From: a virus
Virus record (IMG/VR): IMGVR_UViG_3300036823_000383
Span: 1 to 64,000 of that record
Direction: 5' to 3' (one strand)
DNA: 64,000 nucleotides
Positions 45,702 through 54,746 of the stretch are shown here, piece after piece (positions within the stretch are counted from its first letter, which is position 1; each line of letters begins with the position of its first letter). The notes under the pieces are model-generated. The model saw only the letters and a program-made list of their open reading frames with translations, made no database searches and was not told the DNA's origin. A program made the position numbers and the translations under genes.

Positions 45702-45926
45702 TCACGCCGCGTGGTCGAGCGGGCAATTCGGGAATGGCAGCGTCGGGGGCGTGGGCGGCGCGGGTAGCGACGGCGACGGGATCGGCAACGGCCCGACGTC
45801 GAGTGAGGGCATGCCGGGCAGCGGCGGTGGCGCGGGCAGCGTCGGGGGCGTGGGCGGCGCGGGTAGCGACGGCGACGGGATCGGCAACGGCCCGACGTCG
45901 AGTGAGGGGAACGCGCACGCGCTCAT
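45702..45926 (-). CDS. 74-aa Pro-rich protein with internal duplication
   Basis: ATGA-coupled to the spike gene; PSLDVGPLPIPSPSLPAPPTPPTLP twice. Confidence 0.6.
   Translation of the reverse strand: MSACAFPSLDVGPLPIPSPSLPAPPTPPTLPAPPPLPGMPSLDVGPLPIPSPSLPAPPTPPTLPFPNCPLDHAA
45736..45908. repeat. Two exact 74-bp direct repeats, period 99 nt
   Basis: 45736-45809 equals 45835-45908. Confidence 0.9.
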
Positions 45927-46603
45927 GGCGAATAGAAGAAGCTCAACGAGGGAGGCATCGCGGGACCGCCGGCGAAGGGGAGCGCCGTCGCCGTGTTCGC
46001 GCCCACTGCGACGCTGCCGTTGATCGAGCACTTCGCTGCAACCACGTTGAACTCTCCGGGTTTCAGAGTGAGCCACGTCGAGGCGTCAGCCCGCATCGTG
46101 ATGCCGGTGTCCTTCGCCAGCGTCACGGCGTAGCCGTCACCATGCACGAGCGAGATGCTTTCCTGTTTCGGGTCCAGCGCGACGGCGAGCGCCTTCGTCG
46201 GCGCGCCTCCGCTGAAAGCGTACGGAACGTAGATCGTCGCGATCGTGTTCTTGTCCGAGTCGTCCGTATCGCTCAGCGACAGGAAGCCCCCACCGTATCC
46301 CGCAAGCGCGATCGTCCCCGACGCGAGGCCATTCGGGAACGCGCCGTCGAGGCGCGTGTCGCGGTAGGCGATCGGCACGACGCGATCGCCCGCGCGGAGC
46401 GCCACGACGTCGACGTGGTTGTCACCGTCCTCGTCGCGAGGGCGGCCGAGCAGTCCGAGACCGCCGTACGCGAGCTGGTCGTCCGCCTCCTCGTCGCCAG
46501 GCCCCGCCATCGTCAGGAGCACGCTTTTGGTTTTCGCCGCGAGCGACGTCGAGACGACGCGGAAGAATCCCGCCGTGAAGTCGAACAGCGTCGACGAGCT
46601 CAT
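45923..46603 (-). CDS. Baseplate central spike (Mu gp45-like)
   Basis: G..G..GRP..V......IAYRD.R..G...G.IAL then beta-helix-like repeats. Confidence 0.7.
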   Translation of the reverse strand: MSSSTLFDFTAGFFRVVSTSLAAKTKSVLLTMAGPGDEEADDQLAYGGLGLLGRPRDEDGDNHVDVVALRAGDRVVPIAYRDTRLDGAFPNGLASGTIALAGYGGGFLSLSDTDDSDKNTIATIYVPYAFSGGAPTKALAVALDPKQESISLVHGDGYAVTLAKDTGITMRADASTWLTLKPGEFNVVAAKCSINGSVAVGANTATALPFAGGPAMPPSLSFFYSP

Positions 46604-46914
46604 GCGTCGCGCACCCCGCCGTTTTCGATGAAGCCGTGCCAGCCGCACGCGACCGTCTTCCCTTCATCGTCCACGAGGTTAATCGAAGGCGACAAGGTCA
46701 GGTCGGCGCAGCTCGTTCCTGATGCCTGCCATCTCGGACGCGGTAGAGCCGCCTCGGGAACGCCACGGTCGCGAAACCAGACGAGCAAACCGTGGTCGCC
46801 GCAGCCGGGACACACTTCGAGAACGATCCCCTGCGCGTCCGCCGCGGAGTCGACGTGCCCAAACCCCCCGTCCCTCCACACGACGAATCGGGCATCCAGA
46901 TCGACGAGTCTCAC
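46600..46914 (-). CDS. DUF6527-like small zinc-binding protein
   Basis: CPGCG..H, RW..SG..DLTLSPSI, CGWHGFIENG; GTGA/ATGA coupled. Confidence 0.7.
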   Translation of the reverse strand: MRLVDLDARFVVWRDGGFGHVDSAADAQGIVLEVCPGCGDHGLLVWFRDRGVPEAALPRPRWQASGTSCADLTLSPSINLVDDEGKTVACGWHGFIENGGVRDA

Positions 46915-48053
46915 GAGAGCCTCCAAACGCCCTGCTTCAGGAGCGTGATGCGCGAGGTGTCGCCCCCGTCGGTACCCTCGCCGGGGCGCCGCTCGAGACA
47001 CACTCGGGTGAGGTAGTACGGCCCGAGCGCGCCGCCGGCGATGTCCGTCGCGACGTCGCCGACCGTATCGGGCGCGAAGTTGATGAGGGTGCGCCCGTCC
47101 CAATACGAGAGCCCGTCCGCGGATATATCGAGCGCGTCCTTCCGCTGGCTGCGCGCGGAGAGCTCGCGATGCGCGGCGGCCTGAGCGAGCGCGTCGGTGC
47201 CCATTTGCTGCCCTGGGATCAAGATGGGCCGCGTGAAGCCCGCGGCCGTCACGTCGAGGTCCACGGCGTTGCCCTGCGTCTTGCCGATTGGGAAGCCGTC
47301 GCTGTCGTAGCGGGTGCCGTTCACCTGCACGATGTTCGGGATGCCGGAGAAGTCCTTCGCGCGCTCGATGTCGAGCACGTTGTTGATGCTCGCCGAGTCG
47401 CCACGGAAGTGGCGGAAGTCGTAGATCGACGGCTGCTCGTCGTCGGGCGCGGAGACCACGATCTTCCCGTCGGGGCTGTCCCAATGCATCATCCCGAAGC
47501 GCCGAAGGTGACGGTCGGCGGCCTGGAAGATCGTCTCCGGGAGCTGCACGCGGGCCTGCTGCTCCTGGACCTTGTCGGGCGGGGTGAGCGGTTCCTTCGT
47601 CGACTTCGACGGCTTCCCCGTGATCAGGTCGCGCGCGGCGTTGCCCTTGAAGACGAAGTCCGACGCCGTGTATCCGAGCGGCGCGTAGAGCTTCACGAGC
47701 CAATCGGCGAGGGTGATGTCCTTCACCTTCAGGTTCGGATTGCCGCTGCAGAAGTTCGCGTCGGCGAGCTTCGTCCGCGCCGTCATCCGGATCGCTGCGC
47801 CGCCCGTGACGTCACCCTTCACGTTGTTCAGCTCGAGCCGCCCGGTCAGCACGATGCGGCCGTTGACCTTCACCTGGTACTGCTTGCCAAGGGCAACGAA
47901 GTCCTCGAGCTCATCCCAGGTGCCATCGTCGCCGACCTCGAACGCCGCCTCGCTCGGCTGCGTCAGGTCGTTCGTGATGGCGAGCGAGGTGAAGGCGTCG
48001 AACTCGCCCTGGCCGATCGCCTCCACCGACACGACGTCGAGCGGGCGCGCCAT
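46911..48053 (-). CDS. Baseplate hub (Mu gp44/gpP-like)
   Basis: F.S..IT.DL..A.F, V.VNG..VLTG, L.D, ET.F..R, DG.IV, NNVL. Confidence 0.8.
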   Translation of the reverse strand: MARPLDVVSVEAIGQGEFDAFTSLAITNDLTQPSEAAFEVGDDGTWDELEDFVALGKQYQVKVNGRIVLTGRLELNNVKGDVTGGAAIRMTARTKLADANFCSGNPNLKVKDITLADWLVKLYAPLGYTASDFVFKGNAARDLITGKPSKSTKEPLTPPDKVQEQQARVQLPETIFQAADRHLRRFGMMHWDSPDGKIVVSAPDDEQPSIYDFRHFRGDSASINNVLDIERAKDFSGIPNIVQVNGTRYDSDGFPIGKTQGNAVDLDVTAAGFTRPILIPGQQMGTDALAQAAAHRELSARSQRKDALDISADGLSYWDGRTLINFAPDTVGDVATDIAGGALGPYYLTRVCLERRPGEGTDGGDTSRITLLKQGVWRLS

Positions 48054-49054
48054 CAGACGTACACCCTGACGATGGTGCCAGGGTCGATCGATAGCGGGTC
48101 CTCGATGCGGTACTGGTTCAGGTCGAGGAGGTCCTCGGCGGGCTGCCCGAGCTCAGCGGCGATGTCGAACAGCGTGCGCCGCTTGTCGAAGGTGCGCGTG
48201 GTCGTGGCTCGCTTTTGCCTCGAGACGGCGTCGCTTTCGGCGGAGCTCGCCATGTCGAGGAGTACCGAAAGCTTCCGCGCGAGGCGCGAGCTCGCGGGGT
48301 CGGTGAACATCGAGCGCGCCTCCTCCGTCTTGTCCGAGAAGGTCGTGATGAGGTTCTCGATGTTCCGACGGATGAGCCCGGCCGTAGCGATCGCGTCATC
48401 GAGCACCGTGTCGGGGTAGTTCAAGATCCCCTGCAGCTGGTTCACCGCGTCGACGAGCGCGTCGAGCGAGCCATCCCAGACGCCGGCCTGCTGCGCGTCG
48501 AAAACTGCCTCCTGCACGATGCGCGGCCCGCTCGATCTCGCCGAGGGTCGCGTGACCTTGCTGCCGTCGATCGAGTCCTCGTTGTCCTCGACGAACGTGA
48601 ACACCACGCCCGCGGCGTCGCGCTCGGCGTTCGCGTCCTCGGTGCGCTTGTACGTCAGCGCACGCGCGCGAACGCGACCAGTCGTGGGCAGAATGAGATC
48701 GCCCGTCTCCTGCGCATCGAAGGAGTCGAGGATCTGGTTCAGCACGTCCGGGTACTGGTTCTGCGAGTCGTCCAGCCCGGGCTCGTCGATGGTGTTGTTC
48801 TGGAAGAGGCAGGTGACGGTCCACTGGCGCTCCTTGCCGCCGGTCGAGTCGATCTTCACGCCCTTCCGGTACGGGCGCTGCCGGAGGACGAGGCGGTTGC
48901 CGCCCTCCTCCTCGATGCGCTGCACGGAGAATGCGATGGGATCGCCGCCCGCAACAGCCCACGTCGCGACGTCGAAGCCCTCCCACACCTCGGTCGCCGG
49001 GTTGTCGGCGATCGGGTTCTTCTTCCGCGCGGCGTTTAAGTCTGCTGCTCCCAT
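48053..49054 (-). CDS. DNA circularisation protein (Mu gpN-like) with LysM-like C-terminus
   Basis: F.V..EEGG.R...PYR.G..DSTG...R, G.L..PT.G, F.ED; LN..I.DP..I.PGT. Confidence 0.85.
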   Translation of the reverse strand: MGAADLNAARKKNPIADNPATEVWEGFDVATWAVAGGDPIAFSVQRIEEEGGNRLVLRQRPYRKGVKIDSTGGKERQWTVTCLFQNNTIDEPGLDDSQNQYPDVLNQILDSFDAQETGDLILPTTGRVRARALTYKRTEDANAERDAAGVVFTFVEDNEDSIDGSKVTRPSARSSGPRIVQEAVFDAQQAGVWDGSLDALVDAVNQLQGILNYPDTVLDDAIATAGLIRRNIENLITTFSDKTEEARSMFTDPASSRLARKLSVLLDMASSAESDAVSRQKRATTTRTFDKRRTLFDIAAELGQPAEDLLDLNQYRIEDPLSIDPGTIVRVYV

Positions 49055-49057
49055 GGG

Positions 49058-51127
49058 TCACCGGTTCGAAGGGGTAGGGGTGCTGCCCGGCACGTTCGGC
49101 AGACCCGCCACGGGGCCGCGTGAGCCGTTCCCGCCTGCGCCCCCCGGAGGCTTGATGCCGTTCAACGCCGCTGCAGCCGTGCGAGCGCCGCTGACGAGGT
49201 CCCGTAGAACCTTGCTGACGTCGTTCGCTGAGCGCGCCGTCTTCTTCAGGCCGTCGGCCGCATCTCGTCCGGCGGCGCCGGCGGACTTCGACTCCGGCTC
49301 CTGCGGCTTGAGCTGGACGGGCGGTGGCGGCACGAGGGAAGGCGGCGCGTTCTTCACCTTGAAGGCCATCTCGCGGTCGTAGTCGGCGCCGCTGACCGCT
49401 TTCGACGGACCGGTCATCGCTTCGCCGATCGCAGCGAAGATCCCGCCTTGCCCCTTCGTCTCGTCGACGAGCTTCTTCAGGTTGTAGATCGTCGCGATCA
49501 CGCCACCGGCTGCGGCGAGCCCCACCCCGGCAACGGCGGCAGTTCCCCCGGCGGCGACGGCAGCGCCGGCGCCCGCGAGCAACCCCCCGCCTCCGGCTGC
49601 GGCGGCCGTGCCGGCGCCCGCTGCTGCCACCGGAGCCGCCATCTGAGCGGCTTCGGCGGCGCCGACGAACCACTCGGGCATCGTCGTAGCGGCGGCCTCT
49701 GCAGCTGCCGCACCGCCCGTCGCTGCTGCCTCGCCGGCAGCTGCGGCCGCCCCACCGCCTTTGAGCGCACCGAGCAGCGCCTTCCCGCCGGCGAGCGCGA
49801 GCCCACCCGCGATGACGCCGCCGACGTCGGACGCGACCTTGCCACCGACGATGGCCGCGCCCGTCGCGACCGGGTGATCGACGGCGACACCGACGAACTC
49901 GGCGAGCTTGTCGGCGAGCTTCGGCATCGCCGCCGAGATCTTGTCCATCGCCGCGAGGACCTCGGGGCGCTCGAACGCCTTCGTGAAGCGGTTGAGCGCC
50001 GCGTCGAGGTTCCTCGATGGCTCGTTCAGGCGCGCCTTCGCCTGCGCCTCGAGCTCCGCCGCGGTGAGCGTTATCTTGCCGGCCTGGTCGAGATAGTGGT
50101 GATACGCGTCGAGACCCGCCTGGGTCTTCTGCTTCACCGTGCCCTGCATCTCGTTGAAGGCCTTCGAGTAGACCTCGCCGAACTGCGAGATGAGCTTCAG
50201 CTGGTCGCCGCTGAACGCCTTCGCGAGGATCTCTTTCTTGCCGCCCGAGTGGCCGAGGATCTTCTCGATCGCGTCCTTGTCGGTGACGCCCTTATGGGCA
50301 AGCTTCACGTGGAGCGTCTTCTCGACCTCCTTCACCTTGTCGGTCGCGCCGAGCGTGTCGAGGAGCCCGGCGACGGCGCCGATGCTCTTCTTCAGGCTGC
50401 CCGTCGCACCGTCGGCGACGTTGAGCATGGCGCCGATGCGCTCGAAGCCCTTCTCGCCCTGGAGCCCGAGCTGCTTCGCGCTGGCGCCGACGATGGATAG
50501 CTTCTCGCCCATCGCCTCGATCGAGATGCCGCCCTTGTTGCCCATCGCGATCGCCGCGGCCATCGCCTGCGGGAGCTCCTCCTTCGTGATGGCGAACTTC
50601 TCGTTCAGCTGACCAGCGACGACGGTGAGCGCCTGCATGCTCGCGCCCGTCGCGGTCTGCGCTTTGGCCACCTCTTCGGTCGCGGCCTTCGCGTACTCGA
50701 CGTCGCCGATGTCCTCGTAGAGCCCCTTGAAGCTCGCGGCGACCGCGGTGTTCGACTGCTTCCAGCGGTCGCCGACGCCCTCGATGTCCTTCTGAATGTC
50801 CCGCCAATCCGTCGCCGCGCCCGTGCCAGCCTGGATCGCGAATGCGAGATCTCGATACGACGAGACGAGCGCGAGCGCGTTCTTCACGCCGCCGCCGAGT
50901 GTGAGCGCGCCACCGAGCGTGACGGCGGTCTTCAGCGTGGACGCGATCTCGGAGCCGAGATTCCGGATCGAGTCGACGCCCGCCTTCGCCCCATCGCTGA
51001 GCGCGCGCTTCAGCGCGTTGCCGGATTCCGCGGACGTGCGCTTCGTCTCGTCGCCCATCCGACGGAGGCCGGCGACGTAGCTCGAGGACTCGAGCGTCGC
51101 CCGTACCGCTGCGTCGCGCGTCGCCAC
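49058..51127 (-). CDS. Tail tape measure protein
   Basis: 689-aa Ala/Gly-rich helical protein after the chaperone gene. Confidence 0.88.
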   Translation of the reverse strand: MATRDAAVRATLESSSYVAGLRRMGDETKRTSAESGNALKRALSDGAKAGVDSIRNLGSEIASTLKTAVTLGGALTLGGGVKNALALVSSYRDLAFAIQAGTGAATDWRDIQKDIEGVGDRWKQSNTAVAASFKGLYEDIGDVEYAKAATEEVAKAQTATGASMQALTVVAGQLNEKFAITKEELPQAMAAAIAMGNKGGISIEAMGEKLSIVGASAKQLGLQGEKGFERIGAMLNVADGATGSLKKSIGAVAGLLDTLGATDKVKEVEKTLHVKLAHKGVTDKDAIEKILGHSGGKKEILAKAFSGDQLKLISQFGEVYSKAFNEMQGTVKQKTQAGLDAYHHYLDQAGKITLTAAELEAQAKARLNEPSRNLDAALNRFTKAFERPEVLAAMDKISAAMPKLADKLAEFVGVAVDHPVATGAAIVGGKVASDVGGVIAGGLALAGGKALLGALKGGGAAAAAGEAAATGGAAAAEAAATTMPEWFVGAAEAAQMAAPVAAAGAGTAAAAGGGGLLAGAGAAVAAGGTAAVAGVGLAAAGGVIATIYNLKKLVDETKGQGGIFAAIGEAMTGPSKAVSGADYDREMAFKVKNAPPSLVPPPPVQLKPQEPESKSAGAAGRDAADGLKKTARSANDVSKVLRDLVSGARTAAAALNGIKPPGGAGGNGSRGPVAGLPNVPGSTPTPSNR

Positions 51128-51284
51128 GGCCGGCCCCTACTCCGCGAGGGGTGTCCGTGTCGCTACCGCGGGCGGAGGCGCTTCAGCCCGAACCCTTTGA
51201 GCACGAGTGAGCCGTACTCGAGGAAGGCATCTATGTCCTCACCCCGCGCGCCCCGCATCGTGTCGAGTAACTGCTGCGGGGTGA

Positions 51285-51950
51285 TCAGCCCGCAGTCGAT
51301 GGCTCCGACGACCCAGGCGAGGACCTGGCCTTCAGATAGGCCAAGTGCAGCTGCGCCATAGTGATGAAATAGATCTCCTGCGTAGCGTCGTCGAATGCGA
51401 ATAAAGGGGCGAGGTTCTGCCTTGCGACGAGCGCGGCGCTGAGCGCCGTCATCTCCTCAGCGCGCATGCCCCCGAGCTTCGGGTCGAGCACGCGTCGGTA
51501 CTGCGCGAGCTTCCCGTTCACCTGCTCGAGCGATGGCCGGTCGTAGCTCTTCTCGAGCTCGCGCGCATCGAACGCGAGTTGCTCGTACGGGAACTTCGGA
51601 GAGCGGATCGCGAACCAGAGCTTGCAGAGCTCCTCGAGATCTTCGAAGAGGATCTTGTCCTTTTCCGGGTCGATCTTGTCGCTCTTCGCGATGCCGTATG
51701 CCTCGACACGGGCCTTCCGCATGTCCGGTCCTCGGAGCACGCGGAGAACGATCGGCTCGGCGACGAACGTGCCGGTCTTCGGGTCCCGCTTGTAGATCTC
51801 GTCGGGGAATCCGATGCTCCCGTCGGCTAGCTCGATCGCGCCGAGGTCATCCCACTTCTTCGCGGCGACCTGCTCCCAGACATGGGCTCGGTCGTCCTCG
51901 CGGAGCTTCTCGTTCCCCGCCAGCGTTGCGAATGGATCGGCTTCGCTCAT
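51285..51950 (-). CDS. Tail assembly chaperone (G-like); -1 frameshift extends to 51163
   Basis: Between tube and tape measure; slippery CCCTTTA at 51408-51402. Confidence 0.8.
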   Translation of the reverse strand: MSEADPFATLAGNEKLREDDRAHVWEQVAAKKWDDLGAIELADGSIGFPDEIYKRDPKTGTFVAEPIVLRVLRGPDMRKARVEAYGIAKSDKIDPEKDKILFEDLEELCKLWFAIRSPKFPYEQLAFDARELEKSYDRPSLEQVNGKLAQYRRVLDPKLGGMRAEEMTALSAALVARQNLAPLFAFDDATQEIYFITMAQLHLAYLKARSSPGSSEPSTAG

Positions 51951-51996
51951 GCCCGATCACCGTACGGGCAAAACGGTGTCGCGGTCCAGGGCGCGG

Positions 51997-52371
51997 CTAG
52001 ACGTACTCGCCCTTGCCGATGAGGTGGCAGGAGTACTTGATGGCGTCGTCGACGCTGCCCTCCGCGGGCCGCTCGGTGAACGCCCCGGTGAAGGTCATCG
52101 TCTCACCGGGGAACTTCACCCGGATCTGCACGATGGTGAGCGCCTTCACGGCCTTCAGGTAGTCGCGCTCGAAGCCGTCCTCGTCGACGAGTGCGTCGAA
52201 GGAGACCTCGCCTTCCTCCGGGCCCTTGGTGATGCCCGCGGGACTGCGCTTCAGCGTGTGCTGCAGCTTCGCGTTGTTCTTGATGTTCGTCTTGACGTTG
52301 ACGGCCTGCACCAGGTCGCCGGCGCCGAACGCGACGCGAGCTTTCGGATAGACCTTGAAGTCGTCGGACAT
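51997..52371 (-). CDS. Tail tube protein
   Basis: 124-aa beta protein directly after the sheath. Confidence 0.75.
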   Translation of the reverse strand: MSDDFKVYPKARVAFGAGDLVQAVNVKTNIKNNAKLQHTLKRSPAGITKGPEEGEVSFDALVDEDGFERDYLKAVKALTIVQIRVKFPGETMTFTGAFTERPAEGSVDDAIKYSCHLIGKGEYV

Positions 52372-52381
52372 CGCGCTCTCC

Positions 52382-53911
52382 TCAGTTGAACCGCTGCCCG
52401 ACCACGCCGAACTTGGCGAGCGGCTTCACGATCTTGAAAGGGATGACGAGGTTCACCTGCGTCTCGTCTCCGTCGTCGACGGCGACGATCAGCGAGCCAT
52501 CGGCAACGGCCGCTTCGAACGCCTGGAGCTGCACGACGCCCTTCTTCACCCAGACCTGGCGGATCCGACTGACGACCCACGCGCGGACGTCGCGCTCCTC
52601 GATGACGCCCTCGATGTCCGGCGGGTCGCCGTCCGGAGGAACGTCCCGCATGATCTTCGCCCGCGGGAAGACGAGCGGCAGGTTGTCACGGATGTCGCGA
52701 ACGACGATGAATGCGCCGTCGACGTTCTGCACGTCCAGGCACCGACGGTCCGCGCCGCCAGAGGCGTCGAGGCTGTACGTCGTGATGGGACGAATCAGGA
52801 CGGGGTCACCGCTGACGTTGTATGCGACGAGGGATACGCCGTTGCCGAGCGCGTCCTCGCTCGTCGCGAGCACCGGGTTGTCCGTGATCGGGTCGATGGA
52901 GCCGTAGATGCCGTCGAGCACCTCGCCGATCCGATTGCCCGCCGGATCGATCGACACGACCGCGAGCCGAGCGCCCGCCTCGCGCCCGGAGATCTCGCAG
53001 GGGAGCGAGAGGGCGTTCGGCACGTCGACATCTTCGAACAGCGGTGAATTGAGGCCGATGGCCCCGACCTTCGTAGCGCTGAGCGCTCCGGTGCTCGCGA
53101 TGATGCATTGCTGCAGCTTCGCGTTGAGCCCGCTCCCCACGTTGCCCATGATCGTCCGGATGCGCTTCGCATTCGCGGTTCCCGACGCGGACTGCGCGTC
53201 GACGTTGCTGAGGCACGGGACGATGTAGTGGTATTCCTTGCCGCCCGCGGCCGTCGCGATCGCCGTGTAGTCCGGGTCGCTGCTGCCGCCGGACAAAGCA
53301 GTGAGGGTCGCAGCGCCTGCAACGGCTTCCGTGCCGTTCTGCGCGGCGTTCAGCTTCACACGCACCTTGCAGTCGTTCCCGTTGTTGCCGGTGACCTTGA
53401 AGGTCAGCGTGGTGACGCCAGTGCCGCCCGACGATGCCGTGAGCGGCAGGTCCGTCGTTTTCGAGCTGATGGTCGCGATCGCGTTCGCCTTGAACGTGTC
53501 CGCGGATTGTCCGGCGAGCCACGGCACGTCGATCGAGCGACCGGCGATGAGCCAGTTCACGCTCTGGTCGGCGACGGGAGATCCCGACGCGGTGATCGAG
53601 AGAGTGGCGCTGCCCGTTCCGGCGGTCGGCGCGCCGAAGTCGACGACGGCCGTTGGGTACTTCCGGTAGATCTGTTTCGCCGCAAGATGACCCACGGAGC
53701 CGGAGCCGTACGCGAGCGACGCCGTTGCCTCGCCGCCACCGGCGCGGATCTCGGTGTCGACCGTGAGGTTGCCGGAGCTCGCCTTCGGCGCGAGCAAGAG
53801 CACACGGAGCGGCGCGGAGCCGGGGCCCGCTGCGCCGGCGAGAAGATCGACGGAGACGTAGACGCCGGGCGTGAGGGTCGCCGGGCTGACTGCCTTCGGA
53901 ATGGTCATCAT
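52382..53911 (-). CDS. Tail sheath protein (Mu gpL-like)
   Basis: IP...TPGVY, YGSGS..H, LSGG..DP, L.NGVS, R.ITTY. Confidence 0.92.
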   Translation of the reverse strand: MMTIPKAVSPATLTPGVYVSVDLLAGAAGPGSAPLRVLLLAPKASSGNLTVDTEIRAGGGEATASLAYGSGSVGHLAAKQIYRKYPTAVVDFGAPTAGTGSATLSITASGSPVADQSVNWLIAGRSIDVPWLAGQSADTFKANAIATISSKTTDLPLTASSGGTGVTTLTFKVTGNNGNDCKVRVKLNAAQNGTEAVAGAATLTALSGGSSDPDYTAIATAAGGKEYHYIVPCLSNVDAQSASGTANAKRIRTIMGNVGSGLNAKLQQCIIASTGALSATKVGAIGLNSPLFEDVDVPNALSLPCEISGREAGARLAVVSIDPAGNRIGEVLDGIYGSIDPITDNPVLATSEDALGNGVSLVAYNVSGDPVLIRPITTYSLDASGGADRRCLDVQNVDGAFIVVRDIRDNLPLVFPRAKIMRDVPPDGDPPDIEGVIEERDVRAWVVSRIRQVWVKKGVVQLQAFEAAVADGSLIVAVDDGDETQVNLVIPFKIVKPLAKFGVVGQRFN

Positions 53912-54471
53912 TCGCTCCCAGCGCGACGACGCGCCTTAACGGGCGGCGCTTCAGCCGCGGTATCGATGAGCTCGACCGCCTTCGCGGGCGCGGGTTCCGG
54001 CGCGACTTGAGCCGGCGGGAGATCGCCGCTCCCTGGAAGCTGGTCGGCTGGTCCGAGGAGCGGCGTCTCGGTCTGCTCGAGCGTGCCTTTGACGATCTCG
54101 GCCTTGGCGGCTTCCGCCTTGGCGGCTTCCGCCTTGGCGAGTTCCGCCTTCTGCTCGGGCGAGGCGCTCTCTTCAGCCTGCGCTTTGCAGAAGGTTTCGA
54201 ACTCTTCCTTCGTCTGAAGCTTCAGCGACCCCGCGGCGAGCTCCGTCTGCCAGGCCTTGAGGTGCGCCTGTACATCGGCAGCCGGGATGAGGTGGACCTC
54301 GTCCGTGAGCCACTCGAGCTCGTCGAGCTCCTGGCTGCCGTCGGGGCGCGCGCGCATCTTCGCGCGCACGCCAATCCACTGCGGCTTCGTCGTCGGGCTC
54401 CCCGAACCAGGACGACCGACGATGTGCCCCTCGACGGAGCTGACGTAGAGATCGCCTTCCGGAACCTTCAC
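53908..54471 (-). CDS. Hypothetical protein preceding the sheath
   Basis: Late motif upstream; AKAEA repeats. Confidence 0.7.
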   Translation of the reverse strand: MKVPEGDLYVSSVEGHIVGRPGSGSPTTKPQWIGVRAKMRARPDGSQELDELEWLTDEVHLIPAADVQAHLKAWQTELAAGSLKLQTKEEFETFCKAQAEESASPEQKAELAKAEAAKAEAAKAEIVKGTLEQTETPLLGPADQLPGSGDLPPAQVAPEPAPAKAVELIDTAAEAPPVKARRRAGSE

Positions 54472-54515
54472 GCTCGCGGCCCTACTCCGCCGCGAGCGCG
54501 CTATGTCAAGCTGGC

Positions 54516-54704
54516 CTACTCCGGGTCACGCTGCTTCGGGAGGACGCAGATCGCTCTCTGGTCGCTCGCGCACGCGTCGCAGAGCTGGCGCAGCACACGG
54601 CGCCGGCCCGCTTCCTTGCGGGCCTCGTCGTCCCCGTGCCACGCGCGCACGCCAGGCACCGCGCCACCGACGCAGTTCTCGACGCCGTTCGGGCAGGTCG
54701 CCAC
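54516..54704 (-). CDS. Small Cys-containing protein, probably leaderless
   Basis: TATACT 7 nt before GTG; CP..C and CDAC. Confidence 0.5.
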   Translation of the reverse strand: MATCPNGVENCVGGAVPGVRAWHGDDEARKEAGRRRVLRQLCDACASDQRAICVLPKQRDPE

Positions 54705-54746
54705 GGCGGGGAGTATACGGGCGGATGAACCGCGCGCCCGCGACCA

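Noticed and set aside
54096-54150. 15-bp tandem repeats encoding AKAEA
   Set aside because: Ordinary low-complexity helical linker
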